Below are positions 11,369 to 22,547 of a stretch of 64,000 bases of DNA, piece after piece. The stretch covers positions 121,334,001-121,398,000 of the forward strand of contig NC_059427.1 of NCBI RefSeq assembly GCF_021028975.2, written 5' to 3'. The DNA is from Sphaerodactylus townsendi. Lineage: Eukaryota. The notes beneath the pieces were generated by a model. That model was not told the DNA's origin. It did not search any database and saw only the letters and a list, made by a program, of their open reading frames with translations. Positions within the stretch are counted from its first letter, which is position 1. Every line of letters starts with the position of its first letter. The translations under genes were made by a program, and so were the position numbers.

Positions 11369-11820
11369 GCAGAAGAGTTTGGATTTATACCCTGTTTTTC
11401 TCTCCTGTAAGGAGTCTCAAAGCAACTTATAGAGGCCCCTTCCACACATGCAGAATAATGCACTGTCAGTCCACTTTCACAATTGTTTGCAAGTGGATAT
11501 TGCTATTCCACACAGTAAAATCCAGCTGCAAAGTGCCTTGAAAGTGGATTGAAAGTGCATTATTCTGCATGTGCAGAAGGGGCCAAACTCGTTTCCCTTC
11601 CTCTCCTCACAACAGACACCTTGTGAGTTAGGTGAGGCTGAGAGAGTTCTAAAAAAACTGTGGCTACTTCAAGGTTACCCAGCAGGCTTTATGTGTAGAA
11701 GTGGGGAAACAAATCCAGTTCACCAGATAAGAGTCCACTGCTCACTTGGAGGAGTGGGGAATCAAATCCGGTTCTCCAGATTAGAATCCATCTGCTCTTA
11801 ACCACTACACCACACCGGCT
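11369..11820 (-). mobile_element. tRNA-derived squamate SINE (Squam3-like), interrupted by a MITE
   Basis: Reverse-strand head gtggtgtagtggttaagagc; body shared with the copies at 13206, 28095, 32520 and 59871. Confidence 0.8.
11434..11584. mobile_element. Harbinger-type MITE (GGCCCCTTCC family) nested in a SINE
   Basis: TIRs ggccccttccacacatgcagaataatgcact / agtgcattattctgcatgtgcagaaggggcc; flanks aga/aaa. Confidence 0.85.
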
Positions 11821-11877
11821 CCACCAAGCTGTTCTTTTAAGACATAATCCTTCCTTTGCATCTTCTCTGCTTTCCAG

Positions 11878-12008
11878 GCAATGTTAAAAACTTTGTGTGT
11901 GGCAGTTGTGCTGGAGTCATCAGCAAAACCCTCACTTACCCATTTGACCTGTTCAAGAAGAGACTGCAAGTGGGAGGCTTTGAGCAAGCCCGGGCAGCGT
12001 TTGGACAG
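11878..12008 (+). CDS. SLC25A19: SLC25A19 coding exon 5 (131 nt)
   Basis: [44 protein letters not shown]; third carrier signature; cag acceptor and gtgaga donor. Confidence 0.96.
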
Positions 12009-12704
12009 GTGAGAGACGTTTCGGTGTGCCTGCAGCCAATGACTTTTCTGCTGCCTCCCTTTTTGTTTATTAATATAGTCTGTAAATTCATTCCTAATGT
12101 GAGCAAAAGGTAATCTAGCATCAGCAAGACAAAGGTAGCATCTCCTGTGAGCCATTCTGAGATGAATGTGCAATGTGATGTAAAGTTTTTTCCCCATTAC
12201 TAATTCATTTATTTAAATATATTTATATATTTATCCTAGTTTTCTTCCACACTGGGGAGTAAAATATCCAAATAATAAGAAAACTGAACAAAAATACACA
12301 GCTTTCCAGGAACCTCGTCAAATTTAATCCACAATGAGTCCGTGGTGGTGGTGGTGGTTGTGTTGACATGGTTGTCACAGGACTGTGAGCTAAGAGGCAA
12401 TGGCCAGCAATCCTTTGGCTCTTGCCTTTGGCCAAGCCCAGACGTAACCATACCTCTTGCTAAGGCACCATCTGTGTTTTATTCAGCCAATCCATCTGTT
12501 GCCACTGCCTTCTCTGGTTTGTTTGAAACTGTAAAACGGAAGGTTCCAAACAGAAAAAGAGGAGTGGTTCTTGTCACTTTAAGAATTGTGGCTTGGGTCC
12601 CCACTACTCACCAGCGTCCCCAAAGAGACTGCAAATGCCACAGTAGCACAACCACCTGAGGGCCAGGGATGAGCACTTCTTTCAGTTTTGTCCCTCACTA
12701 GTAG

Positions 12705-12885
12705 ATGCCTGAAGCTGCCTTATCACTAAATCAGACCATCGAACCATCAAAATCCATGTTGTCTACTCAGCAGGTCTCTGACTGTGTTCTTTCATCTCAC
12801 CTTGTCTATACTGGAGATGCCAGAAATTGAAACTGGGATCTTCTGCCTGCCAAGCAGATGCTCTGTCATTAAACCATGGCCCCTC
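12705..12885 (-). mobile_element. tRNA-headed SINE fragment
   Basis: gaagctgccttatcactaaatcagaccat ... gggatcttctgcctgccaagcagatgctct; similar fragment near 21620-21765; boundaries approximate. Confidence 0.5.
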
Positions 12886-13205
12886 CTCAAGTGTGGAGGG
12901 GGATGAAGTGGTTTGGGCTTACTGCTGTCTCCCATTTTCTGTCTCTGTGTGTGATTTTCATTGTTTTATAGAGCAAATAGGTCTGGGTGCCAGTATTGAT
13001 ACAAGCTCCTCTAAGCAAAGAAGTAAGATTTTCCTGCTGGGAAGATAGTTGTCTACTTGCAGAGCTGAAAAGTTGCATGGTTTATTGTGTGTACCTGGTT
13101 GGGTTTTAAAAACTTGGTCCTCCCCAGCCCCGCTGTCAACTCTTCTGTCAATGCTGTGCGTGTGTTAAGTCAGTGTAACTTCCTTGGATGAAAGTATATC
13201 TATCT

Positions 13206-13503
13206 AGCCAGTGTGGTTAAGAGCAGGTGCACTCTAATCTGGAGAACCAGGTTTAATTCCCCGCTTTGCCACTTGAGCTGTGGAGGCTTATCTAATGATA
13301 AGCCTCCACATGCCAGCTGGGTGACCTTGGGCTAGTCACAGTTCTTCGGAGCTCTCTCAGCCCCACTCACCTCACAGGATGTTTGTTGTGAGGAGGGAAG
13401 GGAAAGGAGTTTGTAAGCCCCTGTGAGTCTCTTTACAGGAGAGAAAGGTGGATATAAATCCAACTCTGCTTCTCCTCCTCCTCCTCCTCCTCCTCTTCCT
13501 CCT
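13206..13503 (+). mobile_element. tRNA-derived squamate SINE (Squam3-like) with (TCC)n tail
   Basis: agccagtgtggttaagagcaggtg...ggtttaattcccc head; microsatellite tail. Confidence 0.8.
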
Positions 13504-13656
13504 TACTCTCATTCAAGGAGAGACGAGGGCTCCCAAGAGCCTCTGACTGTGGATGCATCCCTAAGACTTCATTAAGCCATTTTCCCGTGCTAGGCAAACC
13601 TGCCCATGACTTCCTGTAGTGGCTAGAGTTATTCTGTTGCTCCCTCTTCTCTCCAG

Positions 13657-13857
13657 GTGCAGACATACAGCGGTTTAATGGATTGTGCCCGGCAGATCGT
13701 GCGGGACGAGGGACCCAGTGGATTCTTCAAGGGCCTTTCCCCAAGCCTGCTGAAGGCCGCATTCTCAACAGGCTTCACCTTTTTCTGGTATGAGCTCTTC
13801 TGCCAACTGATGCATACCCTGAAGGACGTGAAGAGCTCGAAGGAAGAGAAAGACTGA
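13657..13857 (+). CDS. SLC25A19: SLC25A19 coding exon 6 with stop (201 nt)
   Basis: [49 protein letters not shown]...stop; spliced CDS 975 nt, in frame. Confidence 0.96.
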   Translation: MQTYSGLMDCARQIVRDEGPSGFFKGLSPSLLKAAFSTGFTFFWYELFCQLMHTLKDVKSSKEEKD

Positions 13858-14296
13858 CAGGAGCTCAACGGAGAGACCTGGCCCTCCACAACTGCTGTCC
13901 TTTCCACCTACAGCGTGGACTAAACTGCTTCCACAGAAGAGGCCTGACTTAATTGTAGGGAAAAGTTTTTTTAAAAAAAATCGGCTCTTGGAAACTGTCA
14001 AAACCCATCTGATTGGATGAAGTTTACTCTGAGAACAAAGGGTGTTCTTGTCCTGCTTGCAAAGCTCTGACTGCTCTTTCTCCCTTTTGCAACTGGTGCT
14101 GTAATGGTTGCTTTGACCTGCTGACCATCTCTCTTTAACTCTCCAGTGACACAATCCCTCCGCCCATCATCAAAGAGTGGGAGGAAGCCTCGGCAAGTGA
14201 TTTAGTTGCCAGCCGGTTTTCCCCAACATTGCAAATTAGCAGTGTTTACGGCAAGCCGGGGCAGCTTGGTTTCTTGCTTCTTGGCATTCTTGAGTT

Positions 14297-14425
14297 TGCT
14301 AAGGGAGTAGCTACCTGTTGAACAGTTGGGAGACTTGGTACAGCCAAGGGAGTATCTACCTGTTGGTACTTGGTATGACCAAGGGAGTATTTACCTGTTG
14401 AACAGTTGGGAGACTTGGTACGGCT
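14297..14425. repeat. Three imperfect tandem units (~35-47 bp) downstream of the SLC25A19 stop
   Basis: aagggagta..tacctgttg...acttggta occurs three times. Confidence 0.75.
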
Positions 14426-16899
14426 TAGTACTGTATCATCTCCAGTTCTTAGTCTTGATTTTGGTAACTTTATGGGCCATAATGATGTCACAATATTTCA
14501 TGAGCAGTCAAGAAGGCTGCTAATCTTATTTTTTAAAGGCATCCTCCGTAAGGAAGAGAGAGCCACAGAAAAGAGAGGTGTATGCGTGCAACCACTCCGT
14601 CTCAGTGGTACCTTCGGTGCTAGTGTTCTCTTTTCCCCCCACATACACACTTCTCATTGGCTAGCCAAACTGCAAATGGCAGGAAACATGAACCCACAAC
14701 AGTTACACATTTTTAAGGTATTGGCTTTTATTCTCCTATTTGTAATGTATCCTGGATGCTTATGCACATCTTTTCATGTTGTGGCAAAGGTTTGCATGCC
14801 ACAGTGGAAATCTCCATTCTTGTGCCTTTCCTCCTTTTCTATTTATTTGCAATAGTTGATGTCAGTCTCTTGCAGCAGCATCTCAAGCAGAGTTTCACCC
14901 TTCTAAGCCCACGGAAGGGCGGAATGCTGCTTAGGATAGCCCTCCTAGCTGTTACACAAGAATGACGAAAACAAATGCAGGTGCGCAAATGTTATTGTTC
15001 TGTGGGCGTTTTTAGCTTTTTTAGCTTTTTAAAAAATTTTCTAAAACAATCATATCCCCTTGGCAGTATTTTTGAGTCAAAGAAACTTACTTCTTCAAAC
15101 TGGTCATGAGCTGAAATCAGTTGAAACCCGCATTTTGCATCAAAGAGCTAAACTGGATTCTTATGTCCTGTTGAATCAAGGAAATCTGCCAGGAAACTAG
15201 CGTGAGTGATGGAAAATCTGCCTGGGGCACGTCAATATTGAAGGACTGGACTTGTTCTTTGGCGAGAGGGTCCCAGTTCCATTTCACTGATGGTTGTTCT
15301 GGTCTGCTGCTGCTGGTTTTTGATTAAGAGTGAACAGCAGCAGAGCTTTCTTGACACACCAGACACATCTATGTGAATTCATATGGCCTCCTTGGACGGC
15401 TAGAAGCACTGGTCCTGTTCCTCATTTCATTCTATGGCAGGTGGCACTTTCTTCTAGTTTCGGCCACTGTCTGTAATGACATGATGGCATTACAGTTATG
15501 TGCACTGCTAGATCATGTAAGAGTGGTTTGGGAAAGCAGGAGGTTTTCGCCTGTCTCACAAAAGATGCGGCACATGCTCAGCCACACAGCTGCCTTGAGG
15601 AAAATAAAGGGAATGTGCTCCCGTTCCCTTTTGCCACAGTACAAATCCAGCTGTAAGCAAGAATTCCAGAGAATGGGTGGGTGGCGGGGGGAGAGATCAA
15701 TAAAGAGGGAAGTTGAAAGCAAGAGTACTCAATTACACTATTGTATGGAAGGTGTTCTTACACATTGAGGTTTTTTCAGAGCTAGCAGGATAGATCTGAT
15801 TTCAGAGGCAATTGGATCACCCTTGATCAGTACAGCTGGAGCCATGTCACTTAGGAATACAGAAAGTGGAAACAGGAAAGATCATTCTGGTCACCCTGTA
15901 TAATCTACCTGAAAAACTAGGGCTCTTCCTTATACACTTAAAGGTGTGGCTTTTATTTAACTGTCACATGCTTAATGAGATTCACATTCTTCCATTGAGT
16001 GTTGTTGGAAGAGAGTTGGCCTATGGAGCCCTTGACTGACTGAGAACAAAAGCTGTTTGTACCTGTAAAATGTGTACTTTGGACCGGCTCATTTTTCCTC
16101 TTTCCCTCTCTTGCTCTCCATGCATTGTTTTCTGTTTTGCCTTCCAAGTTGACAAGATGATTCTGTTTCATAACAGTCACTCAGGGCAGAAATACAAATT
16201 AGGTGCCAATGAAGCATTCCCAAATTCAGGTTGATTTGTATTGAGTCGTGTTAGAAGGAGGAAATTTGCAGGGGAAATGGAGCTTGGAGGAAAGGTTAAG
16301 CACACACATGCTTATTCTAGTACAGGTTCTCCCCTGCAGCCTTCCCCGTTCATGGTTACTTTGGCTAACCCAGTATCCATTTTTTTTCTGTATGAATGTG
16401 CTGCTCTCAGAACAGCTTCAGAATGGCATTAAAGAAACAAAGGCAGCCAAAAGTGCAAGCAGTTTTCCATTCATCTGGTGGCACTTCTTGTAATAGAGGA
16501 ACTTGGAAAAAAAGAGATATGGGTGGCACCAAACAAAATGAAGGAAAAGCAAAAAAAAACCCCAATGGTGCTTGAGGGAAAATATTCATTATACAGTGTT
16601 TCACATGAGCTTCATCAGGGAGATGTAACTTAAAAGATTGCATGAAGTGTTCTCTTTCCCTTCCAAAAGTGCAATGCCAGAAACGCATAGGGGTATATTG
16701 ACAATAATATTTCTCCTCAAGCATCATTGCTTTTTGCTTTTCCTTTAACAGAGGACCTTGGACAGTTTTTGCTGTAGTCAGAAGTGTAAAATTCAGTGTC
16801 GGGCCTTTCTCAAATGCAAAATCTGTCATTATGTCACAAGTTTGCACTTCCGACCACACGACCCTTCTTCAGTAATCTTTGGTTTGGCAACAGCAACTA

Positions 16900-17397
16900 A
16901 GTGGGAGCAAAGGAGCTCCTAGTAACCCCTGGCCCACGTGAGGTCCGTTTGGCCTCCATATGGACCAGGGCCTTTTCGGCCTCGGCCCCTACCTGGTGGA
17001 GTGACCTCATGGAGTTCCGCAGGGCCTGCAAAACTGTGCTGTTCTGCCAGGCATTCCTTTGAGGCCTGGCTGTTTCCATCTATCCACTGTGGATATGTGC
17101 CACTCCACTGCAGGTGTGAAGTTTTGTGATTGTCGCCATTGGTCTGCCATCTGATCCAACCATAGCAGTTGTTTCAGTTAGTGGTATTTATTAAATATTT
17201 AATTTTTTAAAAAAATTAGACTGTTTTAATTATAATTGAATTAATTTATCATACATTTTAGATCGCTACTCGGCTTTCCAATTTTACGGGTCTACGTACG
17301 GCAAGACACTTCTGTTGTATTGTGGCTGATCTGTAAATTGCCCCGAGCCAGTCCTGGGAGAGGCGATTAAGAAATTCAAGAACTAAATGAATAAATA
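16900..17397 (+). mobile_element. L2-like LINE 3' fragment
   Basis: cagggccttttcggcc...cccctacctggtgga and gtaaattgccccgagcc...aatgaataaata end; boundaries approximate. Confidence 0.5.
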
Positions 17398-18411
17398 TGA
17401 GGGCTGTACCACCATGTTACCCTCTGCAGTTTATGCTCCATACCCCTTAGTCCTACAGATTTATTGCACTCTCATGCCTTCCATTTGTCAAGGTGTGCTT
17501 CTTTAAGCAAAGCCAAAGATCCCAGCAGTCTTACTGGATGCCTTGATATCAATAACAGCCCCCCACCCACCCACCCACCCACCCACAATGGAGTCTTTAG
17601 GCTCCTGCAATGTTGAGAGCTCTGCTCTAATTATCTGTAATAGATCTAGTTGCTCTTATTATTTGAGCTGCCAGCTAAGACTACATTTCCACATGCTTAG
17701 CACAAGGAATAAATGTTTTGGCATTTCTTACTGTAAGATGGTTTTGTTTTTTAACTCCTCTATTTTTCAACACTTAACCCAGCACAACAGTTGTCTGTTT
17801 GTTTTTTTCTTATAAACTGATTTTTTTTCTCAAGAGCAGAATTCTTTTAAGGGTTTGGAGCATTCTCCGGTTTTCATCCTGTGTGGAACACATGCTACTT
17901 TGAGAAGAAACTTATTAAATATATTAAACATAAATCTGTCTAGTGACTGCTTTACTTTTGCAGCTGTTGTCCTTTGTCCTGAGGATGGATGAAGGAATAC
18001 CTTGAAATTTGCCTTTTTTCCTTCTCACTTCAAGAAAGCAAAGTTCTACAAAGGATCAAGTGTCCAGAAAGGAGAAGCTGATACATACACCCAGGTGTTC
18101 TTCATAATTAGCACCATATGTGTGTGCTTCAAACTTGAGGATCCATTACCAAGTACCAAACATTCTGTGTAAAGCAATACCTGTTAGTCTGTATTTTAAG
18201 TGTGGCTGTAGAAGATTGCCAGTGATCAGAAAACGGGTCTGGCCTCCTTTTGTGCCTTTAAAAGCAGTTTTAATATAAACAGATCAAATGAAGCTTTGTT
18301 AGCATGCAAATTAATGTCAGCAGCTAGTGTCTGCACATCATCTTGCACAAAAGTGGGGTGCACTTGAAGTTGGTAATAAGTTGAATACTTGTCAAATGTT
18401 TTAGCTTAGAT

Positions 18412-18572
18412 CAGTGGTTCTCAACCTTCCGCGACCCTTTAACACAGTTCCTCATGTTGTGGTGACCCCCAACTCTAACATTTATCCATTTTACAGATGG
18501 AGAACACTGATGCAGAGAGTCTTAGGCGACCCCTGTGAAAGGGTCGTTTGACCCCCAGGTTGAGAACCACTG
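18412..18572. mobile_element. SPIN/URR1-like hAT MITE
   Basis: CAGTGGTTCTCAACCTTCC...GCGACCCTTTAACACAGTTCCTCATGTTGTGGTGACCCCCAAC...GGCGACCCCTGTGAAAGGGTCG...AGGTTGAGAACCACTG; 8-bp TSD GCTTAGAT. Confidence 0.9.
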
Positions 18573-20410
18573 GCTTAGATAGTATGAGTAAGGTGCAGCC
18601 CCCAAAGCCTTTGACAGTATTTTATTGGTTCTGTAGTTCACAGTCCTGCTCACAAGGGGGCACTGTTCCTGCACAGCAAGACAGAGTGTGCGCCCTTTTT
18701 TTACAGTGGTATCTAATGAGATCAGCATAAGCTTTGGTCAATCCAGGAGGCATGAAAGGACTATTAAAATAACAGATGGCTGACCTAATTGGTGCATCCA
18801 GGGCAGACGGAGGACTGGATACTGTTTCCTCAAAAACAAGAGCAAAGCAAGTACCTGGAGGCAGGGTTAGTGCTGTTTATATTAAATGTTTGCTTTCAAG
18901 GAAGGTGCCCATAGTAGTGCTTTCAAAGGACTTCCAGTTTTTTCTAACAGCCAACTGCCACTAGAGAGAGAGGGGCTACTGCACAGCATGGATTTGGATT
19001 GACACTTCGAGGCTGGTGCATTTATTTGGCAGCGTATATTGTAGAGAAGCAAAGCGCTTGCTGCTAAAGCTAATGTGAGAGCTAACTACTGCTGTTCTTG
19101 CAAAGTAAGTGTGAACCCAACCTGTTTCAACTGTTTGCCCGTTTTGATAATCAACACTGGTGGGAACTCACCGAGGTTTCAGGCTGGGATTGAACTGGAG
19201 GCCTTCTGCAAGAGCTATTACCACCACTGCCCCCACTCTGGGTTCCTTCCCTTGTAGAAGATTCATCTGCGCAAGAGACTTGAGTGAGTCATGAAGCTGG
19301 GAATTCCAGCCTGCCGCTGGGCTCAGCGCTCACAAGTAGGCTTGGCTCCAGAACCTGCTCCAGAACAGCCTTCTAGCTGCGCCCTCTTCCCTCAGAGGGA
19401 ATAGCCAGAAAGTGGGCATAGCAAAGTTGTGACAAAAGAAGGGTCAAAAGGAGGCAAAGGTGTGATGGGCTGAGGTTTTAAAAGGCCTTTTAACAACAGC
19501 CTACTTTTGTGGCTCCCAGGATTACATAGCAACCCCCTAAATGCTTAATAGAAAGGGAATTCTTATGTGGATCCCTGCCTCTCCAGAAATATGGAGTTAG
19601 GGGAGCGATTTTGTGGATGCGATACTTACCAAACTGATTGGAAAATACTTCACGTGTTTGGTCATAAGATGGAGTGACTACTGTGTGTGATTGCCTCCCC
19701 TCCCATCTGAACCTAAAGTAGTATGTTTATGAATGTGTACAGAATGTTTGCTTTATAAGGATGGTATTGATTAATTTGGCCTGAATACAGGTGACTGAAA
19801 TTCTCTCTCTTTGCTACCTGATGGGTCATTGCTGGAAGCTACTGCAATGAAGCTGTGATGTGGGGAGAGTGGGATTGGAGCTTTTATTCAGAAAGCTTAT
19901 TTTCTTTCAGGATTAGCCGTTCGTCTGCAAAATCTACACTGGGAGTAGCCTTTATTATATACAATTAAATGTACCTGGTTCAAGCAGTAATAAGCATTAA
20001 CACTATACAAAGAATGTTCAGGGGCGGGAGGTGTTAGACTACAGGCCATTGCTTCATATGCAGTTTCTGCAAAACCTTATGCTGGAATAAAACGTTCTTG
20101 GAGGCACTGCAAGACTCTTTGTTTTTGCAGCAGCGGGCTGTCAAGAGTTATCTCGAGGGTTGCCGGCAACCCGGTGGGGGGTGGGGGGAATGACCTGTTT
20201 CATTAACAGAGGCTTAATGGAATGTTATTTATCATGTGATGTTTTCCTGTAGCCCGTGCAATAAGAACTGCCCATTCCCACATATTAAGCCTCTGTTAAA
20301 GAGCGAAGACATGTTGACAACCCAAACTACTACTCCGGATTGATATCTCCTTTGAAACCTGAAATGGCGCTCTGGTAAGGAAGGAGTTGCCCTTCCTGAA
20401 AAGAGAGTGT

Positions 20411-20540
20411 GACTCCTTCCACACATGCAGAATAATGCACTTTCAATGCACTTTGCAGCTGTGCGGAATAGCAAAATCCACTTGCAGACAATTGTGAAAG
20501 TGGATTGAAAGTGCATTATTCTGCATGTGCGGAAGGGGCC
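20411..20540. mobile_element. Harbinger-type MITE (GGCCCCTTCC family)
   Basis: Same TIRs as the copy at 11434; 3-bp TSD tgt/tgt. Confidence 0.85.
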
Positions 20541-21050
20541 TGTCGCTCGCAGGCTGTTGGTGTGAAAGCAAATAAGGGTGAGGAGAGAGCCGAGGACGCT
20601 TTGCCCAGAAGGTGGCGCTGTTGTTGCTGCTGCGGCTGCGCTGTCACAATCGCTGCTCCTCCTTTCGGTTGGGCTCGCTAGGAAATGACCTAAGAGGAAA
20701 CCCTCCGAGTTTGCAAGCCATGGAAAGAATTCGTCTTTCGTGAAAAGTAAGAGGAATTGCCCGGGGATCTGCCTGCTGGCATCGCCTGGGCGCTTTTCCT
20801 GGCGGCGGGGCGAAGAGAGGAAGGATGCCCATTTTGCACCTGCACTCCATGCTCGAGCTGCTGCCTTTCCTGCTCCTGCTGCTGCTGTTCTTGGCTGTGG
20901 GCTTCTTCCTGATCTACCTCCAGCGACCCGACCCAGAAACCAAAAAGAATTAATGAGCGTAGATTGGGGAGGGTTTGGGGGCTGCGATTTCTCTGCCAAC
21001 TAAAAAATGCAGATGCTCCTGTCCTGAGACGGGAAACGAAGACCCAACAG
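20541..21050 (+). promoter_or_regulatory. MIF4GD: Probable MIF4GD CpG-rich promoter and first exon
   Basis: Main CpG-rich block upstream of the first coding exon; CTCF-like CCAGAAGGTGGCGC at 20605-20618; candidate donors GTAAGA (20747) and GTTAGT (21051). Confidence 0.6.
20825..20953 (+). CDS. Putative 42-aa single-pass membrane micropeptide (uORF/smORF)
   Basis: MPILHLHSMLELLPFLLLLLLFLAVGFFLIYLQRPDPETKKN; A at -3; tandem stops TAA TGA; no homology or expression evidence available. Confidence 0.35.
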   Translation: MPILHLHSMLELLPFLLLLLLFLAVGFFLIYLQRPDPETKKN

Positions 21051-22547
21051 GTTAGTGACACTTGGTCCTTTGCAGAAGTCCCTTAGACAGAAACAAACTT
21101 GCAGCTCTGAGTGGGTAGAGCAGTTTCTGTGCTGACTTGACTTGGCGTGCCCTGGAATTTAAAACTGATTCACTTGTCCACGTATGGCTTGCTGAGATCT
21201 GCAAGATGTGGCAGCATGTTCAGACAACCGGTCTTTGGCTGACCCCTAGACCCCTTCCCATCCACAGGGCTGTTTGCTTGCATGTGCCTCAGCTGGCTGT
21301 CAGGTACATACAATGAATTATGTCAACTATGTGTACACCTCCTGGTATGCACATGGGAGACACACATGTCTGTTGAACTTTGGCAGTCCTTGCCCAGAAA
21401 AAGTGACAGGGAAGGTCAAGGGATTGGGAATATGCTTATGGAAATGCTATATACATGTGGTGAGGGGTGTAGACAAAGTGTGAGGTGCCTACATTAAGTA
21501 GAGGATTTTTTGGGCAGCAGTAGTATGAACATCACACTAAATCTGTCAAACTGTCATACATAACAAGAACGGTAAAGCCAAACCAACTGTGGGCCCTGAA
21601 GGTCTGTGCTGAGCTTTATTAAGAAGCTGGCTCATACTGAGACCTGCTGTTCATCCATGAGCACTCCAACATCTTTCCCAGCCTATAAAACCTGAGATCC
21701 CCCTTTAAAGTGAAGATTGTAGTATTGTGCATGGGACCCTAAGGTGCTCTGCCACTGATCTCTGAGGCCAAATTGGCAATAACACAAACAAGATGGAATC
21801 ATGCCTCTAATCATCTTACACTTTGACCAGAGCACAGTCCAAGTGAAAATCTAGTTGATGTGCTTTACAATACAGTGGATGTCATTCAGTATGCACAGGG
21901 GTGTATGGCTGCTGTAGTGCACACAGAAACAAAATTAATCTGAAGAGCAGTTCAGAACCCACTATAGTTGTTATGTATGTTTGTGTTTCTGTTTTCAGTG
22001 GGTGGAGGCAGTTGCCACTCTGCCAGGATTTCATTGGACATAAAGGGTGCCTATATCTTTGCCCAGTTTTGTCTGAGTCTTCAGCAATAGCCTACTCTGA
22101 CAGTACACTGGCATGCTAACATTTACAAAATGCAGTGAGCTTATCACAATGTAACTGTGTACTAGACCTTTGTGTGTGCATGTGTGTATGTTGGGGGGCG
22201 GGTGAACTAGAAAACTGACTTTCCAGTTCACAAAGAAGGGGCAGATAGGATAAGTTAGTTGTTCTGGTGAGTAGACCATTTAATGTGAGCAGGGATTGTG
22301 TGTGTGCATAAATCCTGTTGCAGACACATGTTTGGAACCAAGTCATGAGTGGCTGCATGCAACTCAAGACTTTAAAAATAAGCCTATTTAAATAGTATTT
22401 ATGACATTGCTATAACTATTGTAATGAGAGCCAGTGTGGTGTAGTGGTTAAGGTGTTGGACTAGGAGCTGGGAAACCCATGTTCAAGTCCCCACTTGTGC
22501 CATGGAAGCTTGCTGGATGATGTTGGACCAGTCATACTCTCAACCCT

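Noticed and set aside
14297-14425. CRISPR-like repeat-spacer pattern
   Set aside because: Vertebrate DNA, no unique spacers and no cas genes; a simple tandem duplication
15600-17935. SLC25A19 poly(A) site
   Set aside because: Several AATAAA/ATTAAA candidates (about 15603, 15699, 17708, 17914) that cannot be distinguished from sequence alone
20232-20999. 255-aa minus-strand ORF
   Set aside because: Runs through a MITE and the GC-rich MIF4GD promoter; low-complexity antisense of CTG tracts; no recognisable domain
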